From positions 4,590,001 to 4,654,000 of the forward strand of contig NC_087246.1 of assembly GCF_037042905.1 (NCBI RefSeq): a stretch of 64,000 nucleotides of DNA, read 5' to 3'. Shown here in pieces: positions 41,563-54,000 of this stretch. Source of the DNA: Lytechinus pictus (taxonomy: Eukaryota). A program made the position numbers and the translations under genes. How positions within the stretch are numbered: the stretch's first letter is position 1; each line of letters starts with the position of its first letter. The notes beneath the pieces are model-generated. The model searched no databases, was not told the DNA's origin, and saw only the letters and a list, made by a program, of their open reading frames with translations.

Positions 41563-42083
41563 GGGTGCGTTTATCCGCCACTTTTTTACCCTATAATCAT
41601 GATTCCAATCATGATTCAAATCACGATTCTGCAGAATCACGATTGCGTTTAGTCGAAATTGAATATAATCATGATTAGAATCACAAACATGAACTACGAA
41701 AAAAAGGGCGTTTGGAAAGACGTTTCTGCAGAATCACGTACGAAAATGTTCGGATAAACGATATCGTGATTTGAATCATGATTATATGACGTCATTGTGT
41801 CGAGCTATTTCCGGTTCTTGCCAAGGCGCGCGCCCCACGTTGTCACATCACATGTACGTCGCCGACCTCCAATTAAGTGTCCAACGTTGACCTATACTTC
41901 CTGGGTCAAACTGCGCACTGTGATGCGCACTGGATCGGTCCGAATCCGAGGAGAAACAGCGTTGGAACGAAGGTCGTCTAAACCCTGATTCTGTAGTAAT
42001 TGTGATTCATGTTTGTGATTTGAATCATGATTCCAATCATGATTCAAATCACGATTCTGGCTTGAGGTCGGATAAACGCAGCC
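41563..42083. mobile_element. PIF/Harbinger-type MITE (AATCATGATT family) in the right foldback arm
   Basis: Same termini as 10311-11082; flanks TTA/CTA. Absent from the left arm. Confidence 0.85.
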
Positions 42084-42499
42084 CTAGACAGCATGGCATA
42101 CTACCAGCCGATGGTACACACACGCACACACACACACGTTATTTGACAACTTGTCTCTGGAGCCAAAGTTCCTCGCATATCTGCATGCCTGCACGCAGTA
42201 CCACGATCTAATGAATATTCATCGGCGAGACTGACGTCATTTTACGAGTCTCCTTTCAAACTTGGATCATAAGTGCCTACCCTAGTAAATTCTTGAGAAA
42301 TATGTGATGGCTCGATCGGAAATAATTTTATATTGATTAACATTTTTTTCCTTATTAATATAAATAATTAAATTTTCACGTATAAAATAATCATAAATAA
42401 ATAATTATATTTTATATACTGGTATTATTCCTACATCAAATTTCTTTAAAAAGATGTTTCTGGAGTTATGGACTCTATATAAACTGTGCATGCTCTTTG

Positions 42500-43400
42500 G
42501 ATTCTGCTAAAAATTTTAATCGCAAAGAAGCTAGCTGACTAAGTCTCGGAGCGCTCGAGCGGAGTAATGAAAGGCTGACAAACAATCACTGAATCAGCCA
42601 TCCATTCAGCCTAGGTAAGATATCATGTCGACAACTCGACATCATCTTATTTCCAAAAGAACAACGCCAATTCGTTTTACAATACAATCACATTATCTTA
42701 CGCTATATAACGTCAGTGTCAAGTGAATTTTTAAAGATACATACCGTACCCAGGCGTGCGCGGGCGAGGCTTTCGACAACAGTCCGAACACGAAGTGTGC
42801 CGACCGGCCCGGGACTCGGGCAGCGGTGCATGTGCATGTGCTCGGTCATGGCTAGGTTCGGGCGCAAGTCTAGTCTGACTTGTCGCCATCGGCATCGGGG
42901 CCGGGCGCTAACGATCCCAATGCAGTTTCGCACCGGCCGAATTCGAGCAAATTTCCCCACCAGAAATTGTTCACAAATGTCATGGGCAAGTCTCTAGATC
43001 TCTCTCACTCTCAGCTAAGCTTAGCTTAGACCTTAGTCACACATATTGAGAAACTAGATTGATCACCGCTTTTCCAAATCAAGAGATCTAAGTCTAACGT
43101 CAGTAACGAGTAATTTTATCGGCTATCACAATCAATCAGGAATGGCGCTAAGGTACGTTTAGATCTAACGTTAGGCCTATTTTTTATTTCGGCTCCGATC
43201 TTGACATCATCGTTCGAATCCTTAGACTTAGAGTCAGACATCACTTTGCTTGGCTTCTCCGTAATTTGATATAGACGAAAGTTAACGCCCCCAAAATAAA
43301 AAGATTTGATGCATTGCCATAAGCGCCATCCAGGCGATGTATATGCCGCGCGAGGCCCGAAGTGAAGACCGGAAAATTTACTATCTAGACCTACACTCTA
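42500..43400 (+). promoter_or_regulatory. CpG-rich probable MTO1 promoter / non-coding first exon region
   Basis: Local GC/CpG enrichment. Candidate donors CTAG|GTAAGA (42615) and TAAG|GTACGT (43153). The first coding exon is preceded by an acceptor (TTTTGCAG, 45050), which implies an upstream exon. Confidence 0.45.
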
Positions 43401-44409
43401 CAGGAGAATTTCTTAATTTCCATACCTGATCATTCTGACGTAACGTGTTGATGTGATTTGATATGATATTTATATGCACAATATTTTATCAGCAATCATT
43501 TTTACTTTTTATAATGTGCCTAAATACCATAATAGATGAATAGGAAGGTCTCTTCTGTAATTTCTTAGTGCATTTATATTGACAACGATGAGGCATAATT
43601 TCCCTTGCATCTCTGAGTATGACGCTTATTCTCGTGTACTGTGCTAAAAATATGTTTTCTTGTTTTCTCCGAAAATATGAATCATCTTAAATTAGATCTT
43701 TAACTTGCTGAAAAGTCCGTATTCCAAATGTCTCCTTTTGTAAAACAATATGTTGTAGAATCCAGCAAGAAATTTTGGTTGAGGGAGAATTTTGCATGCA
43801 TCATTAAGTTACAATATTAACCCACTACCTCTTTAAATTTTTGTTGTATTTTCCAACAAAGAATTAAATAGAAATGAGAGGCCACTTGCAGGATTCTTGT
43901 GTGAAAGACAAAGCTCTTAATTTTGACTTGGGAGTTCGATGAGATTTTAAATTTGTGAAGGAACCCCAACAAGTTTGGTATCATTGGAAAGCTTGTAAAC
44001 TCAGAAATAGAATGATGGATAAATCAACTCTATCTCGTAAAGGTTGGTAGATAATTAAATATATTCCATGATAAAAGGAAGTAGATGCATTTCAGTGTTT
44101 TGTTCTGCCTCTTTTTAGATCAGTATAAATATGTTTATATACAGAAATATGTCTCTTCTTCTTCTTTTATTATTAAACAAGAGTTTAAAGAAATAAATTT
44201 AGCCTTGAGCAAAGATATGTGATGAATTATTATTGTATAAAAATTATTCTGTCAAAAAATAAATCATTTGTCTGTCAAGAGTATTGTAGATTAAGAGAAA
44301 TTATTAATGCATAAATGGTACAAACTTTGCCAATGTTCTTATTTCACCACACAGGGTTCATTTCACTTTTTGATTTGATAGAGATCTACATGTAGTTGTG
44401 TGCATTTAA

Positions 44410-45002
44410 AGGAATTTGAAACAACCTTTGGAACAAGATAGCTTGTTTGAAAACAGAAAAATCAAAGAAACATATCAACGAAAGTTTGAGAAAAATGGGA
44501 CAATTAATGGGAAGTTATGAGCATTTGAATATTGCGATCACTAATGCAATGGAGAACCTCCTATTGGCAATGCAACAAAGATGTGTGATGTCACTTGTGA
44601 ACAACTCTCCCATTACTTTTTTTATTTTTTATGTCACTTAATCTGCCTCTTTTATCACATCTCACAGTAGATCATGTATTTTTTCTATAGATGGGCATGT
44701 AATATAGATTTTCAAAGAATACATTATGGTTGAAGAGTTTGTATCACCATATGAAAGAACAAAAAGATACATTTTTGGGATGTTTTATAGTCCATCAATG
44801 GGAAAGTTGTTCGCATGTGACATCACACATCTTTGTCACATTGCCAATAGGATGATCTCCATTGCATTAGTGATGGCAATATTCAATTTATACTTATAAC
44901 TTTCTCATTATTTGTCAGATTTTTCTCAAACTTTCTTTGTTTTTATTCTTTGATTTTTCTCTTTCCACACAAGCCCACTTGTTCCAAAGGTTTCATTCCC
45001 CT
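44410..45002. mobile_element. Kolobok-type MITE
   Basis: TTAA|AGG...GAAAC..CCTTTGGAACAAG ... CTTGTTCCAAAGGTTTCATTCCCCT|TTAA with long imperfect inverted arms. Confidence 0.65.
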
Positions 45003-45074
45003 TTAAGTGTACTAATAGATATAATTATAGTGACATGTTTTGTTTTGCAGTTTGTTGAGTCTACTGACTGCAAG

Positions 45075-48000
45075 ATGTTTGCTCAAAGATCTGCATGGCT
45101 TGTACAGAGAGCAAGAAGTCGACAAATCCTTGCCCGGTATCTAAGAAACAGATCTGCATTGACTACACCATCTGGAGGAAATGAGAGATATGATGTGATA
45201 GTTGTAGGAGGAGGTCATGCTGGGTGTGAAGCAGCTGGTGCAGCAGCTCGTATGGGAGCTCAAACATTACTCTTGACTCATAAGATTGAAACTATAGGTA
45301 TGACTCACTCTCAGGGCCCGATGTGTAAGAATTTAGCTTTTTAGCTGATTTAAGCTATTTTTGCTTTTTTGATGTTAGGTTCCAGATAAAAGAAGCCTTT
45401 AAAACAATATATTCTTCGAAAGAAAAAAATTCAATTTCAGCATTTCAGGCCAGTCCTACATGGGTGTTTTCGTCACTAAATTTTACCTTGATAATGATAT
45501 GTATTTGAGCTAAATATTCAAATTGAAGTTGTACCGTAATCACATTGTTATATATTTTTTATCAAAATCTATTTCTCTGATGGGAAATATGGGAAAAGAA
45601 GATGCAGTGACACTGGTTTAGTACAAACAGAAATAATTCGAAACATTCTGATTCAGCTGTTTTAGATATAGAAATTATTTTCAAATTATAGAATGAAATT
45701 TGAGCTGGATGCATGAAGTTTAAGAATACTTAAATGCACTCTTTCTTAAGACATGTGTTTCTTTAAACACATGCACATTTTGGAAATATATTGTAGGAAA
45801 AATATTGGTTTTTGTGAGTCATTTAATGAGAAAGGACTTGCTAATTGAAGTATATTTTTGTGGATATTCAGAAGAACGTGTTCATTTGTACAATAAAATA
45901 TGTTTCTATTGGATGTCTGATGAGTTGAAAATCCAGACACTTTCAAAATGCAGACCTCAGGATGTTTTTCATTGTAAGAAAAAAATTAATCAACAACAAA
46001 TCTGTTGAAAATTATGATTAGGAAACACTAAATACAGAAATGCAGGATTGTTTCATCAAGGAACTGTGTAAGTAACTTTGCTATTGTGGAAATTACCATG
46101 GGAACTTATTTTAATTTGTTAAATGCAAATTGCAATGGACATAGATGCTTGTGATTTGGGGGCAATTCTGTATATTTCCCAATTAAGGGAATTGGGAAAT
46201 TGTAGTACCACTACGCTATCGATTGCAAGTAATTGATTGTTTTCTCTGTTGCTGTCAGGTGTAATGTCATGTAACCCATCATTTGGAGGCATTGGAAAAG
46301 GTCATCTTATGAGAGAAGTTGATGCTTTGGATGGAATCTGTGCAAGACTTTGTGGTAAGTTGAATTCTTCATTGAACTTCATTACTCTGTCTTATACTTT
46401 TATTTTTTTTAATTTCCTGAATGCATCCTTCATACTGCAAGGAGTTTAATATGCTTCTCATCAATTGATGCGGAGGCAACAAAATTCAATTATATATATC
46501 TCTATTTTTTTATTTCTAAAGAGGAAAGTATCTGTAACTTTTACAATCCAAAGCCATTGTTACAAATGATTCTCATAGTTTTCATGATGATGTACAGCAC
46601 ATCCCTTTGTGAAATTTCATTTACATCAAAATGATCCTGATATTTAGTTTTAAAGGTTTGGAGTTCATTTCATAGGAATTTTCATTTTCTGGCAAATTAT
46701 TGAATTATATCTACAGTGCGTATAAAAAAAACGGGACAGATTTGAAAAGTCTATAAAATTCTTGTTTCAAATCATGATGTCTACTAATAGTAGAATCATG
46801 AGGTGGGCTTTATCTCTCCAACCTTACAGGTTCCATATTGAAGCTATACCAGGTTCGGAGAATGTTGGCGCGGATTTTCTCAGCAGGGCAGTTTGAGTTT
46901 AAATTAAGTTTAAGTAAAGCAAGAGAGCTTAGATTTATTTCTATGTCAATCCACTTTTGGGGATAGATTGAATATTTAATGTAAATATGAAATATTTTCT
47001 TAAGGAGGGGGTGATGTTAGAGATTCAACCTTCCCCCTCAAGTGTATTCTTAATCCTTTGTATTATGTAATGCACAATAGTGCTCTGGAGTGAATAGTGA
47101 GTAGTTAGGCTCAGTGGTTAGGCTCCATCGCACTTAATTGTAATTAACATACTCAGCATTTTTGAACTAGGTGGGTTGCCTGTTTTAGCAGGAGTACCTC
47201 ACTATCTGCGCAGCTTTCACACAGGCAGGACCTATTGGTCCTTGGGTCCAGTTGGGTGATTGGAAATGGAGAGTTAGAGTTTTAAGCCAAACACTTGCGC
47301 TGCAATAAAACTATATTCCAGAGTCAAGATTCACTAAACCAACATGGAGGCCTGTTCCTGATTTCCTGCATTTAGTCATCCCAGTCAAACTGTAAGTTTA
47401 GTTGTTTTTTTGTCTCATTTATGTCTTGGATTTTTATTATTCATTGAGAATAACAAAAGGTCAAAGAAAACCTCTAAAATGTGAGATGTGAAAGATGCTA
47501 ACTATATTTTTTCATTAAAAGATTATTATATGTCAACAAGAATTCCATCTGTTGAAATATTGAAAGGTCTTAAAATGATATTCTTAAAATATATAAGAAA
47601 CTTTGCTTTTCCTAAGCATTCATGGATTATGGAAAGTGTTTCTCATGTCATGGAATTTCTTTGTATGAAATGTTAGATTTAAGAGAAATGATAATGCTTT
47701 CTTTTCAATGACCGAATTATGTCATTCTAGATGATACTTGAATACTTGAATTAAGCTAGGGAAATGATGTTTCCTTGAATATAGATAACCTATTATGTTA
47801 TGGTTATTGTCCTATATGTATTCCGTAGACTTTTTAAGTTTTGGAAACTGTTTAATTGTAGATGGGTTCTTCTTCATCTACCTGGGAGTTCACCCAGTGG
47901 TTCTTCAGAAGTAAAGAAGTCTGGCAGCTCATTTTCAGCCATTGACCAGACCAGTCAAGAGTAGGAGTAAAGGTTTATTAGAGGGCACCCACCAAGAACG

Positions 48001-51000
48001 GACAGCACCCTCGCTGACATGATCTGATGATGGTCGTTTATCCTCGCTCGTTTTACTCATTCGTTACTCCTCATGAATTTTTAGCAGGAAGCAACAGTTG
48101 ATTAAAGTGGGTTATTTTATTTATACCCTCCAGAGACTTAAAGCATTGTTTTGTAACCATATATATACTATTGTGTAACTTCCTTCGAGTTGAATATATT
48201 TTTGTTATTATTGTTTATCTTCTGTTTATTCTGGTCCACCAAAACCAGAAGATTGAATTTAAATGTTGGAAGTTGAAGCCGGAAAACGAGTAATAAAACT
48301 AAACATATTTTACTTGTTGAACTAAATAATAATTGTCTTCCATGGTCATTTATTTAGTTTTACAGTAGTGAGTTGAGAGAGTCACCATTCGACACAAGTT
48401 ATGTCCATTTGAATTTATTCAGGTGTGACATTTTTGGGGGCTTGTCCGGGAGTCGAACCCGGGACCTCTCGCAGAATTAGGTTTCCTCTTATACTTCTTT
48501 ATTACCAAAAGTGAAATAGATATTCTCATTTTGTGAAGTACAAATTTGGAATTTTTCTACCTAAGAATATTCATAGATTGTTCTTGGACATTATTTTTGC
48601 TTTGTATAATGGGATATATTAGATATTATCAAGTCAAAGCAGGATACTCCATAGAATGTAATTTCATGTGAATATTATTTACCGTTTTGATCGTTAATGC
48701 TACTTCTCTTTGAATGTTTTGTATTCTCTTCAATAATAGGAATAGTTGTGATTTGGTGATTAGAACGGAAATCGGATGCAAGTCTTCCAAGTCGGTTAAA
48801 GTGTTCTTGATTCTGTGGTAAGTAATAATTTTGCGTAACTTTGTGCGCGTGTTTGGAAGAAGTTATTTTCTCAGATAGAATTTTAACCTTTTTGATACAA
48901 TAGTCCTGCCTGGTTAAGTTTTCATAATGGATTCTATCGATGAAAAATTGATCAACTTAGGTAAGGAGTTAGGATTAGTGGGTAAAGACTTGTTGGATTT
49001 CATTAAGGATAGAGAACAACAAGCAAGAGAAGAGAGAGCAACTGTAAGGGAAGATAGGAGACAGGAAATTGAGTTAAAGCAGTTAGAGGAAAATATATTA
49101 GATAAACAGTTGGCCTTAGTGCAGGCTAATAAGGGTAATGAATCCCAGTTAGGAAATAACAGTATGCGAACCCATAGTTTGACAAAAGTCCCAAAGTTAC
49201 CTCACTTTGACGAAAGTAGGGATAACATAGATGCATACCTAGAGCGTTTTGAAAGGTACGCAAATAGTCAGAAATGGCAAAGTGATTGTTGGGCCATTAA
49301 TTTAGGTGCACTTCTACAGGGGAAGGCTCTAGAAGTCTACAGTAGGTTGGCACCAGAGGAAGCTGCTAAGTATTCAACTCTCAAGGACGCCCTCCTTCGT
49401 AGATACCAGATGTCTGCAGATGACTTCCGGAAGAAGTTCTACAGAGCAACTCCAGAGACAGGAGAGTCTGCTGGTCAGTTTATGGCGAGGTTAGAACATT
49501 ACTTCGAGAGATGGGTAGATCTGACAGATACAGCCAAATCATTTGAAGGGTTGAAAGATTTGATAATTAGACAGCAGTTCTTAGAGCAGATAAATCCAGG
49601 ATTAGCTATTTACCTGAGAGAGCGTACTCCTCAGTCGACAAGGGAAATGACTGAAACTGCTCAGATTTATATTTCAGCACATGGTGGTCATTTCAAGGGT
49701 CCAAGAAAGGAAACCAAAGTAATGACACCTCATAAGTCTGAAACAAAGAGTGATGGTTTTCATAGGGAAAAGCCTAAGGGCCGAAAGCAAATTGGACCTT
49801 GCTATCTGTGTGATCAAATGGGTCACCTTGCAAGAAATTGTAAGTCAAGCTCTAAATCAAAACCTGAGAAGGGTGGAAGTTTTGTAGATATTGGGTCCAA
49901 AACCAATAAACATAGGAAGTCTTCAGGTAGGACTAAATCTCATGATCCATGTCCTACGTGTTCTTCTTCTAAAGATTTAGGTGATGGCAGTGACACATCC
50001 CAGCTTGAGAGTGGGCTGTTTGTCATGATGTCTGCCTCAGGTATGGACCAGACAAGACCTACGAGGAAACAGAGGAAGAAACAGACAAAGAAAATATCTG
50101 AGATGTGTGCGACTTGTAAAGGTAAGTTACGCGAACTAATGCCTGTTACTGATGGTATTGTGAATTCTCAGACAGTTTCTGTTCTTAGAGACACAGGGTG
50201 TACTTGTGTTGTGATTCGGAAGAAACTAGTCAAGAAGGATCAGATGACTGGGAAATACAAGCTGTGTATTCTCATTGATGGTACGGTACGTTGGTATCCT
50301 ACGGCTACGATACATATTGATTGTCCGTTTTTTGTAGGAACCGTTGTGGCGCTTTGTGTACGAGCACCACTGTTTGATGTTATTGTAGGAAATATCCAGA
50401 ATGTTCTTCCTCCAGATGCGCCGAATCCAAATTGGGGAATGCCGACATCAGGTAATGTTGTCACAGATAATGCTTTGTCTGAGGTGGGGATGGCTGTTGA
50501 GACGAGGTCACAGGTTAAAGCTGCTGAGAGAAAGCAAGCTCCTTTGAAGGTAATGTCTCCCATTCCAGAAGTTTCTCCACAGGATATACAGGAAGCACAG
50601 TTAGCAGATCCTACACTTAAGAAGGCAAGAGAACTTGCTGAGACCGAGGATGGTAGCAAAGAAGGTAAGAGAAATTATTTTTTCTTTCAGGATGGTTTGC
50701 TGCATAGAGTTTTCCAACCAAGTAGTGTTGTGAATGGAAACCAGGTTGTGCAACTTGTTGTGCCTAAGCCCTATCGGAAGGTTGTTATGAAACTGGCACA
50801 TGAAGGTATTATGGGTGGACATCAGGGTGTCAAAAAGACTTCAGATAAGATAATGTTGAGTTTCTTTTGGCCAGGATTACAAGCAGATGTGAGTAGATTC
50901 TGCCAGTCGTGTGATATCTGTCAGAGAACTATTAGCAAGGGAAGGGTCCCACGAGTTCCTCTTGGCAAGATGCCAATTATCGATGTTCCATTCAAGAGAA

Positions 51001-54000
51001 TAGCTGTTGATTTGATAGGACCGATTCAACCTATCACTTCCAGGAAGAATAGGTATATTCTTACAGTGGTTGATTGTGCTACTAGGTACCCAGAGGCGGT
51101 AGCCTTGCCCAACATAGAGACAACTACTGTTGCAGAGGCACTTGTTCAGATTTTCTCCAGAGTCGGTGTACCACAGGAGATTTTGTCAGATCAGGGCACT
51201 CAGTTCACCTCTGATCTTATGAAGGATATTGGGAAGTTGCTTTCAATAAAGCAAATGATGACGACCCCATATCACCCTGCCTGCAATGGGCTCGTTGAAC
51301 GATTCAACGGCACGTTGAAGAAGATTTTACGAAGAACTTGTTCAGACCGTCCCTCTGATTGGGATCGGTATCTCGCACCTATTTTGTTTGCTTACAGGGA
51401 GGCTCCTCAGGCTTCTATGGGTTTCTCACCTTTCGAACTCCTGTACGGACGCACTGTAAGAGGACCCTTAATGATTCTCAAGGAACTTTGGACGGGTAAG
51501 CAGCAGAATGAGGAGTTGAAATCAACCTACCAGTATGTAGTCGAGCTGAAGGAACGACTGGAATCGACGCTAGAGGTTGCACAGCAAGAGCTGAGGAAGT
51601 CGATGGAAAGAAGTTCAAAGTACTACAACTCGAAGAGTAGGGAGAGAAGATTTCAGGTAGGAGATCAAGTTTTGTTGTTGTTACCTACTGAACACAACAA
51701 ATTGTTAGTACAGTGGAAAGGTCCATTCACTGTTGTGCACAAGCTCAGTGATCAGGATTATAGGTTAGACATTAATGGAAAACTTAAGACTTTCCATGCT
51801 AATTTGTTGAAACGTTATATCAGCAGAGAAGAAGACAGGTACGTCAGAGACCATACCCCACTGCACATGCTCGCAAGAACACAATTGAGGAAGAAGTCAA
51901 GAAGATGCTCGAGATGGGAGTGATTGAGCAGTCTGAGTCTCCTTATTCATCGCCAATTGTGTTAGTTGGAAAAGCTGATGGGACAAACCGTTTCTGCGTA
52001 GATTTTCGTCGATTGAATCGAGTGACAGTGTTCGACGCAGAACCCATTCCCAACAGTGATGAGATTTTCGCAAGTCTATCAGGATGTAAGTACTTCTCAA
52101 AAGTAGATCTATCTAAAGGGTACTGGCAGATTCCCTTATCCGAGGATGCTAAAGAGAAGACTGCATTCCGTAGTCCAAGTGGACTGTACCAGTTTTGCAG
52201 GATGCCTTTCGGTCTTGTTAATGCGCCGGCAACGTTCAGTCGGGTAATGAGATCACTGCTCAAAGGTATGCCTTGCGTTCATAACTACTTGGATGACATA
52301 CTCATCCATACTCGTACATGGGAGGAACATCTCCATGTTCTTGGAGAAGTCTTCAACAGACTTCGTTCAGCTGGTTTGACGGCACGGCCAAGTAAGTGTC
52401 AAATAGGATGTAACCAGATTGAATATCTAGGCCACACCTGAATAAATTCAAATGGACATAACTTGTGTCGAATGGTGACTCTCTCAACTCACTACTGTAA
52501 AACTAAATAAATGACCATGGAAGACAATTATTATTTAGTTCAACAAATAAAATATGTTTAGTTTTATTACTCGTTTTCCGGCTTCAACTTCCAACATTTA
52601 AATTCAATCTTCTGGTTTTGGTAGACCAGAATAAACAGAAGATAAACAATACTAACAAAAATATATTCAACTCGAAGGAAGTTACACAATAGTATATATA
52701 TGGTTACAAAACAATGCTTTAAGTCTCTGGAGGGTATAAATAAAATAACCCACTTTAATCAACTGTTGCTTCCTGCTAAAATTTCATGAGGAGTAACGAA
52801 TGAGTAAAACGAGCGATGATAAACGACCATCATCAGATCTTGTCAGCGAGGGTGCTGTCCGTTCTTGGTGGGTGCCCTCTAATAAACCTTTACTCCTAAT
52901 CTTGACTGGTCTGGTCAATGGCTGAAAATGAGCTGCCAGACTTCTTTACTTCTGAAGAACCACTGGGTGAACTCCCAGGTAGATGAAGAAGAACCCATCT
53001 ACAATTAAACAATTTCCAAAACTTAAAAAGTCTACGGAATACATATAGGACAATAACCATAACATAATAGGTTATCTATATTCAAGGAAACATCATTTCC
53101 CTAGCTTAATTCAAGTATTCAAGTATAATCTAGAATGACATAATTCGGTCATTGAAAAGAAAGCATCATCATTTCTCTTAAATCTAACATTTCATACAAA
53201 GAAATTCCATGACATGAGAAACACTTTCCATAATCCATTAATGCTTAGGAAAAGCAAAGTTTCTTATATATTTTAAGAATATCATTTTAAGACCTTTCAA
53301 TATTTCAACAGATGGAATTCTTGTTGACATATAATAATCTTTTAATGAAAAAATATAGTTAGCATCTTTCACATCTCACATTTTAGAGGTTTTCTTTGAC
53401 CTTTTGTTATTCTCAATGAATAATAAAAATCCAAGACATAAATGAGACAAAAAAAACAACTAAACTTACAGTTTGACTGGGATGACTAAATGCAGGAAAT
53501 CAGGAACAGGCCTCCATGTTGGTTTAGTGAATCTTGACTCTTGAATATAGTTTTATTGCAGCGCAAGTGTTTGGCTTAAAACTCTAACTCTCCATTTCCA
53601 ATCACCCAACTGGACCCAAGGACCAATAGGTCCTGCCTGTGTGAAAGCTGTGCAGATAGTGAGGTACTCCTGCTAAAACAGGCAACCCACCCAGTTCAAA
53701 AATGCTGAGTATGTTAATTACAATTAAGTGCGATGGAGCCTAACCACTGAGCCTAACTACTCACTATTCACTCCAGAGCACTATTGTGCATTACATAATA
53801 CAAAGGATTAAGAATACACTTGAGGGGGAAGGTTGAATCTCTAACAAGTGTTAATAGGTGCTCTGAGGTCTTATCTTTCAAATGCCATTAAAAAAAATTA
53901 GTTTCGTTCATGCTTGAGCAAACACGGAATGTTTTTGTCTGGGGTGAAAAGGAGGCTTGCGCCAAAATGGCATAATATGATAAATATGATGATCGGACCT

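Larger units (their letters stand above)
30258..42281. mobile_element. 12-kb foldback (Mutator-like, 9-bp TSD) element with multi-kb inverted arms
   Basis: Ends GGTAGGCACTTATGATCCAAG...CTTGGATCATAAGTGCCTACC; TSD CTAGTAAAT at 30249-30257 and 42282-42290. Arms 30258-~33849 and ~38548-42281 each consist of a unique outer domain plus a tandem array. Confidence 0.92.
46783..53846 (+). mobile_element. Rearranged Gmr1-like Ty3/Gypsy LTR retrotransposon
   Basis: In order: RNase H tail, PPT, LTR, tRNA-Pro PBS, gag-PR-IN, truncated RT, inverted LTR. Confidence 0.93.

Noticed and set aside
43142..43152. ATGGCGCTAAG|gt as the first coding exon of MTO1
   Set aside because: Splicing to 45051 puts it out of frame with MTO1, giving a short ORF. 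At most an upstream ORF.
48435..48473. tRNA-Pro gene on the minus strand
   Set aside because: Only the 3' half is present, it includes the CCA complement, and it sits at the PBS position.
50240..52263. Antisense ORFs over the retrotransposon pol
   Set aside because: Shadow ORFs of the sense coding sequence.
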